Assembly (NCBI GenBank): GCA_964615725.1 | Contig: CAZTPW010000001.1 | Coordinates: 18,700 to 82,699 of the forward strand | Reading direction: 5' to 3' | DNA: 64,000 bases | Source: an uncultured Candidatus Saccharibacteria bacterium | GTDB taxonomy: Bacteria; Patescibacteriota; Minisyncoccia; Phycocordibacterales; CAZTPW01 | In this document: one piece after another, positions 59,795-64,000 of the stretch | How the letters are laid out: every line of letters starts with the position of its first letter | Position numbering within the stretch: the stretch's first letter is position 1 | Notes under the pieces: model-generated | The model's database searches: none | What the model saw: the letters and a program-made list of their open reading frames with translations, nothing else | Told to the model about the DNA's origin: nothing | Translations under genes and position numbers: made by a program

Positions 59795-60448
59795 CTATAA
59801 GATTACATTAACAATGTTTCCGGGGTGATGTATATATTGATGAGGATTTTCAACTTTTATAATCTGCCCATTCTGCTCGTATATCTTTATCGGTGATTGG
59901 TAGTCAGAATGAGGTGGTGTGTTGCTATTCATACTATCAAAAAACTCCTTCGAGGTTGATTCTTCAACATCGAGACCGATCTCAGGCTTGAGAGAAACCC
60001 TTTGGTTTTTGGTATCCAAGAAAATAATTCTTTCGACCATCGGCTGGACTAAGCCGGTAAAATCAGGTGGCTGGGTGCCGTCGATTCCTTTTGCAAGATC
60101 AGCTCGTTTAAGTCGCAATGAAATTCCATAAGGGGAAACAAAATAGATTGAGTCTGAAATTGATGGCTCTACTTCCCCTGTAGTAAACACAAAAGGGAAA
60201 ATATCTGCCCTGCTCACTAGATAGTTCTCAATAACGAGACTTGGGTTTTCGAATGATGAATACTGCTTAATTTTTCTCTTAAGTTCTTGGTTTATATTCC
60301 ATAATTCACGCATAAGACCCTCTGGAATAATCTCCAGGCGAAAAGGAACATTCTCGAGTGCGGCTTTTTCGGTTTCCTGAGCACTTTTTAAATCCTCAAC
60401 CAACTTGAGGAAACCAGTATCGGGAACATTTTTGCCTTCGATTGACAT
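59795..60448 (-). CDS. hypothetical protein
   Basis: 217 aa AT-rich ORF tightly packed between fba and the dehydrogenase. Confidence 0.7.
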   Translation of the reverse strand: MSIEGKNVPDTGFLKLVEDLKSAQETEKAALENVPFRLEIIPEGLMRELWNINQELKRKIKQYSSFENPSLVIENYLVSRADIFPFVFTTGEVEPSISDSIYFVSPYGISLRLKRADLAKGIDGTQPPDFTGLVQPMVERIIFLDTKNQRVSLKPEIGLDVEESTSKEFFDSMNSNTPPHSDYQSPIKIYEQNGQIIKVENPHQYIHHPGNIVNVIL

Positions 60449-60450
60449 GA

Positions 60451-61326
60451 TTAGAGTGCATTAAAAAGTCTCAGCTTTTCCTCGACAGCTTTTTGCATTG
60501 CTTCACGAGGTGCCTTGAGGTATTTGTACGGAGCAACTTCGTCTGGATGATCCTTCAACACCTTATCGAGCGCATTGCGATATGTAACACGAAGCTCAGT
60601 ACTTATATGTACGATACCGCAGCCATGCGAGATTGCTCCCAAAAAATCTTCGATAGACCCACCTGAACCCCCGTGAAGCACGAGCGGAATACCGACCGCT
60701 TCGCTTATCTCACCGATTCGCTTGATATTGAGTGCAGGATCTTTGCCTCCCTTGAGCATTCCATGGATATTTCCGACTGCAGGCGCAAGAAGATCAACGC
60801 CGGTCGCTTCCACGAAACGCTTCGCCTCTTCGGGTTTAGTGAGAAATTCTTCGGTGATCTTTACGCCTTCCGGAATGGCCTCAAGGACTTTGGAAGATTT
60901 CCCAATAAAACCAATCTCAGCCTCAACAAGAATATCCCGACCCTGCTTTTGAGATTGCTCACGTGCATAGTCAACACATTTTTTGGTAGCAGCCACATTG
61001 TCTTCATAGGAAAGCTCGGTGCCATCAAAAATGACCGCGTCAAACCCTACATCAATAGCTTCTTTTACTTTTTCAAATGAATAGGTGTGATCTGCGTTGA
61101 GAAAAACTGGCTGGCCTGTAGTGCGGATTGAACGAACAAGTGCGACGATCTGCTCTACGCCAATAAATTCGCGCTCCCCCTCAGAGACGCCGATGATAAC
61201 GGGTACATTGAGATTTTTGGCAGCCTGTACTACAGCCCAAAAGCCTTCGAGGTTTGAAATATTAAAATGACCGATTGTTTTGTTACTTTTTCGAGCTTCC
61301 TGGATGTATTCTCTGAGTGTTTTCAT
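60451..61326 (-). CDS. fba: class II fructose-bisphosphate aldolase
   Basis: ADH, EAEIG, GNIHG, VLHGGSG. Confidence 0.93.
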   Translation of the reverse strand: MKTLREYIQEARKSNKTIGHFNISNLEGFWAVVQAAKNLNVPVIIGVSEGEREFIGVEQIVALVRSIRTTGQPVFLNADHTYSFEKVKEAIDVGFDAVIFDGTELSYEDNVAATKKCVDYAREQSQKQGRDILVEAEIGFIGKSSKVLEAIPEGVKITEEFLTKPEEAKRFVEATGVDLLAPAVGNIHGMLKGGKDPALNIKRIGEISEAVGIPLVLHGGSGGSIEDFLGAISHGCGIVHISTELRVTYRNALDKVLKDHPDEVAPYKYLKAPREAMQKAVEEKLRLFNAL

Positions 61327-61385
61327 GGTATTTGGACTATTGATCAATATAGAATAGTTTACCATACATCTGCTATAATAAATGT

Positions 61386-62408
61386 ATGTTTGGAAAACCT
61401 ATCGACATCCTTGCTATTGGTGACGTTGTCACTGATGCTTTTATAAAAATCAAAGAGGCTCATATCAATTGTTCAATCAACAACACTTCGTGTGAGATTT
61501 GCCTCAAATTTGGTGATAAAGTTCCGTTTGAGTCTGTGACCGAGGTGCGTGGTGTGGGAAATAGCGCCAACGCCGCAGTCAGTGCCTCTCGTCTTGGTCT
61601 CAAGTCAGCCCTGATTGCTCATGTCGGTACTGATCGTTTTGGCAAAGAGTGCATCGAAGAGCTTCAGAGCAACGGCGTGAATACCAAATACATCACTGCA
61701 CATCCGGGTTTTAAAACAAACTATCACTATGTACTATGGTATGGTGCAGAGCGAACGATTTTGGTAAATCACACTGAGTTTCCCTATTCACTCCCAACCA
61801 TTTCAAAAAAGCCTCGCTGGATATATTTGAGTTCACTTGGGCCCAACTCAGAACCTTTTCATCATGAGATATCGGCGTACCTCACAAAAAATCCTGATGT
61901 AAAATTATGCTTCCAGCCTGGTACTTTTCAAATGAAGCTCGGTATCAAAAAACTTGCTGAGATCTATCGACGAACTGAAGTTTTTGTATGTAACACAGAA
62001 GAAGCGCAAAGAATTCTTGGTATAGAGGAGCGCGGTTTTACCGATATCGCATCAATGAAAAAGCTTCTCAGCGACATAGCATCGTATGGACCAAAGATCG
62101 TTCTTATTACTGATGGTCCAAAGGGCACCTATATGTATGATACCCATGATCAGTCATATTATTTCATGCCGATTTATCCAGACCCAAAAGAGCCTGTTGA
62201 GCGTACTGGTTGCGGTGATGCATTTGCATCGACGTTTGTATCAGCTTTAGCACTCGGTAAGACTCCTCTCGAAGCACTTCGCTGGGCACCAGTCAATCCA
62301 ATGTGGGTTGTGCAATTTGTGGGGGCTCAAGAAGGCCTCATGACCCAAGACGAGCTTTTGAAATGGCTTGAAAAAGCCCCTACCGATTATCAGGCCAAGA
62401 AAATCTAG
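61386..62408 (+). CDS. PfkB-family carbohydrate kinase
   Basis: GNSANAA...RLG, NTEE, RTGCGDAF. Confidence 0.93.
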   Translation: MFGKPIDILAIGDVVTDAFIKIKEAHINCSINNTSCEICLKFGDKVPFESVTEVRGVGNSANAAVSASRLGLKSALIAHVGTDRFGKECIEELQSNGVNTKYITAHPGFKTNYHYVLWYGAERTILVNHTEFPYSLPTISKKPRWIYLSSLGPNSEPFHHEISAYLTKNPDVKLCFQPGTFQMKLGIKKLAEIYRRTEVFVCNTEEAQRILGIEERGFTDIASMKKLLSDIASYGPKIVLITDGPKGTYMYDTHDQSYYFMPIYPDPKEPVERTGCGDAFASTFVSALALGKTPLEALRWAPVNPMWVVQFVGAQEGLMTQDELLKWLEKAPTDYQAKKI

Positions 62409-62758
62409 TTCCAATACTCTTCTGGTAGGATGTTGAGCTTTTGAATATACTGTGACGCTTGCTCTGGACTTGGTGATTTTTCTCGAGTTGGAAAACGAAG
62501 TCGAGCGGCGGAAACCAAATGCTCGAGTTTTTTAATCCTTTCTGAAAGGACCGCAGAGAGTCCTGGATCAATCTTGCCTTGCGCAAGTTCTACAAAACCC
62601 TTGAGTGCTGTCACAGTGTTTGCATAGGATTGTGCCCAGGTATTCTGGGTTGATTCGAAATCGTGTTGAATGCGCTCTTCTGCATTTTCAATAACGCCTT
62701 GAATTCTTTGGAGAATGGCGACCTGCTCAGCAGATGAGGGTTGTTCGATGGCTTCCAT
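62405..62758 (-). CDS. hypothetical helical protein
   Basis: ATG 1 nt after the transketolase stop; 117 aa. Confidence 0.6.
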   Translation of the reverse strand: MEAIEQPSSAEQVAILQRIQGVIENAEERIQHDFESTQNTWAQSYANTVTALKGFVELAQGKIDPGLSAVLSERIKKLEHLVSAARLRFPTREKSPSPEQASQYIQKLNILPEEYWN

Positions 62759-62759
62759 G

Positions 62760-63758
62760 CTATTTCTTTTTCGCGAGAACGCTTTTAACTGCTTTATAAA
62801 TATCTTTGGTGTCCATGTGATAATGCTCAATGAGTTCGTCGGGGGTACCAGATTGGCCAAATTCATCCTTCACTCCAATAAATTCTATAGGCACAGGCAT
62901 ATTTGAGGCGAGACACTCGGCCACTGCCCCACCCATACCACCAGCGATCTGATGTTCCTCAACCGTAACGATTGCTCCAGCCTCTTTTGCAAGGCGCGTA
63001 ATCGCAGCGACGTCGAGTGGCTTAATCGTTGAGAGATTCATAACAGTAACTGCAATTTTTTCTTTCTCAAGATCCCTTGCTGCGAGAAGCGCTCGATGCA
63101 CGAGTGCGCCTGTCGCAATAATTCCCACATCCGCCTTTCCAGAAACTGGCTGCCAAAAGATCTGAGCTTTTCCAATTTCAAATGGGGTTGATTCGGTGGT
63201 GATCACAGGAGTTGCCTCGCGCGCGAGTCTGACATAGCTTGGGCTTTCGGTCTTGGTGATTGCAATTGTGGCCTTTTTCGCTTCAAGCGCATCACAAGGA
63301 GAAATAACGACCATTCGAGGAATCACTCGAGTGATTGCAATGTCCTCGATAGCTTGATGGGTTCCGCCATCTGGACCCACCGAAATACCCGCATGGGAGC
63401 CTGCGATTTTTACTGGGCGATCATTGTATGCAATGGTGGTACGAATCTGCTCCCAATTCCGGCCAGGTGAAAACATTGCATATGAGGTGATAAAGGGAAT
63501 TTTTCCCATTGCAGCCATACCTGAAGCAACACTTGCAAGATTTTGTTCCGCTACTCCGATTTCAATAAAACGCTCCGGAAACTTTTTCTTGAATGCTGTC
63601 ATGTGTGTCGAATCAGTGAGATCTGCACAAAGACCGACAATGCGAGGATCAGCCTCAGCTGAAAGAAGGAGTCCTTCGCCAAACCCCTTTCGAATTGCCG
63701 CCTTCTCGACATCCTTGTCGAAGATTTTTGGATTGAGTTTTGATGATTGATTAAGCAT
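62760..63758 (-). CDS. transketolase C-terminal (pyrimidine-binding) subunit
   Basis: GVAEQN, GPDGGTHQ, TVEEH. Confidence 0.93.
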   Translation of the reverse strand: MLNQSSKLNPKIFDKDVEKAAIRKGFGEGLLLSAEADPRIVGLCADLTDSTHMTAFKKKFPERFIEIGVAEQNLASVASGMAAMGKIPFITSYAMFSPGRNWEQIRTTIAYNDRPVKIAGSHAGISVGPDGGTHQAIEDIAITRVIPRMVVISPCDALEAKKATIAITKTESPSYVRLAREATPVITTESTPFEIGKAQIFWQPVSGKADVGIIATGALVHRALLAARDLEKEKIAVTVMNLSTIKPLDVAAITRLAKEAGAIVTVEEHQIAGGMGGAVAECLASNMPVPIEFIGVKDEFGQSGTPDELIEHYHMDTKDIYKAVKSVLAKKK

Positions 63759-63999
63759 TGAATTTTCGTGCATTTTTAAGGGTATAGTACAAAGCGCTCA
63801 AACCCCACCCTGTTACAAAAAGTCCAAAAACATACTGAGCAAAAAGTTTTATTGAGGTCGCGGGTCCAAATTGGGTGCCGAATGAATTCATGACGAAAAG
63901 CGGTTGTGGGCAAGGTGCCTTGATACAGTAGATTGTGGGCTGTGAAAAAGTGATATCTCCAAGCAAGCATGCGATGGTAAAAACAACAATACCAATCAA
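63751..63999 (-). CDS. small membrane protein with CIKAPC motif (5' partial)
   Basis: Two hydrophobic helices around PTIYCIKAPCPQP; stop overlaps the transketolase start; may begin beyond the window. Confidence 0.6.
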   Translation of the reverse strand: MIGIVVFTIACLLGDITFSQPTIYCIKAPCPQPLFVMNSFGTQFGPATSIKLFAQYVFGLFVTGWGLSALYYTLKNARKFNA

Positions 64000-64000
64000 G

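Noticed and set aside
1-64000. CRISPR array, integron integrase/attC sites, transposase, reverse transcriptase/DGR, prophage
   Set aside because: No regularly spaced repeats and no recombinase, RT or phage structural motifs seen in any ORF; cassette ends look like terminators rather than attC sites.
1-64000. Alternative genetic code (UGA recoded as in Gracilibacteria/Absconditabacteria)
   Set aside because: Core genes are full length in the standard code and TGA ends genes such as ung and rnhB.

Overview
Bacterial chromosomal window in the standard code (TGA used as stop). Gene content and reduced protein forms (short PheS/PheT, EF-Ts and SMC, a NusB-NUDIX fusion, type IV pilin, sortase) point to a Patescibacteria/CPR (Parcubacteria-like) genome; this placement is inferred. 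The backbone is housekeeping: UvrD-type helicase-nuclease (partial), rpoB-rpoC-dnaG-rpoD, rpsP-khpA-trmD, rnr, smc, ung, rpmF-nusB-rnc, rnhB/dnaE, thrS, gyrB, pheST, tRNA-Thr, rpsB-tsf, rpmE-prfA, rplY and sugar-phosphate enzymes. The most striking pattern is two promoter architectures. (i) A dozen genes, mostly housekeeping, have a -10 hexamer only 5-7 nt before the start codon (leaderless). (ii) Seven stand-alone accessory genes share a sigma70 promoter, a boxA-like 12-mer in the 5' leader, the ORF and a GC-rich terminator; boxA-like motifs also precede nusB, whose product carries a degenerate NUDIX domain. Other candidates are a sortase with a VPATG substrate, an ADP-ribosyltransferase-like gene paired with a GWCTAG protein, a pilin-kinase island, a ~128-nt rpoB leader hairpin and a palindromic bidirectional promoter. 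All calls are by eye; no searches were run.
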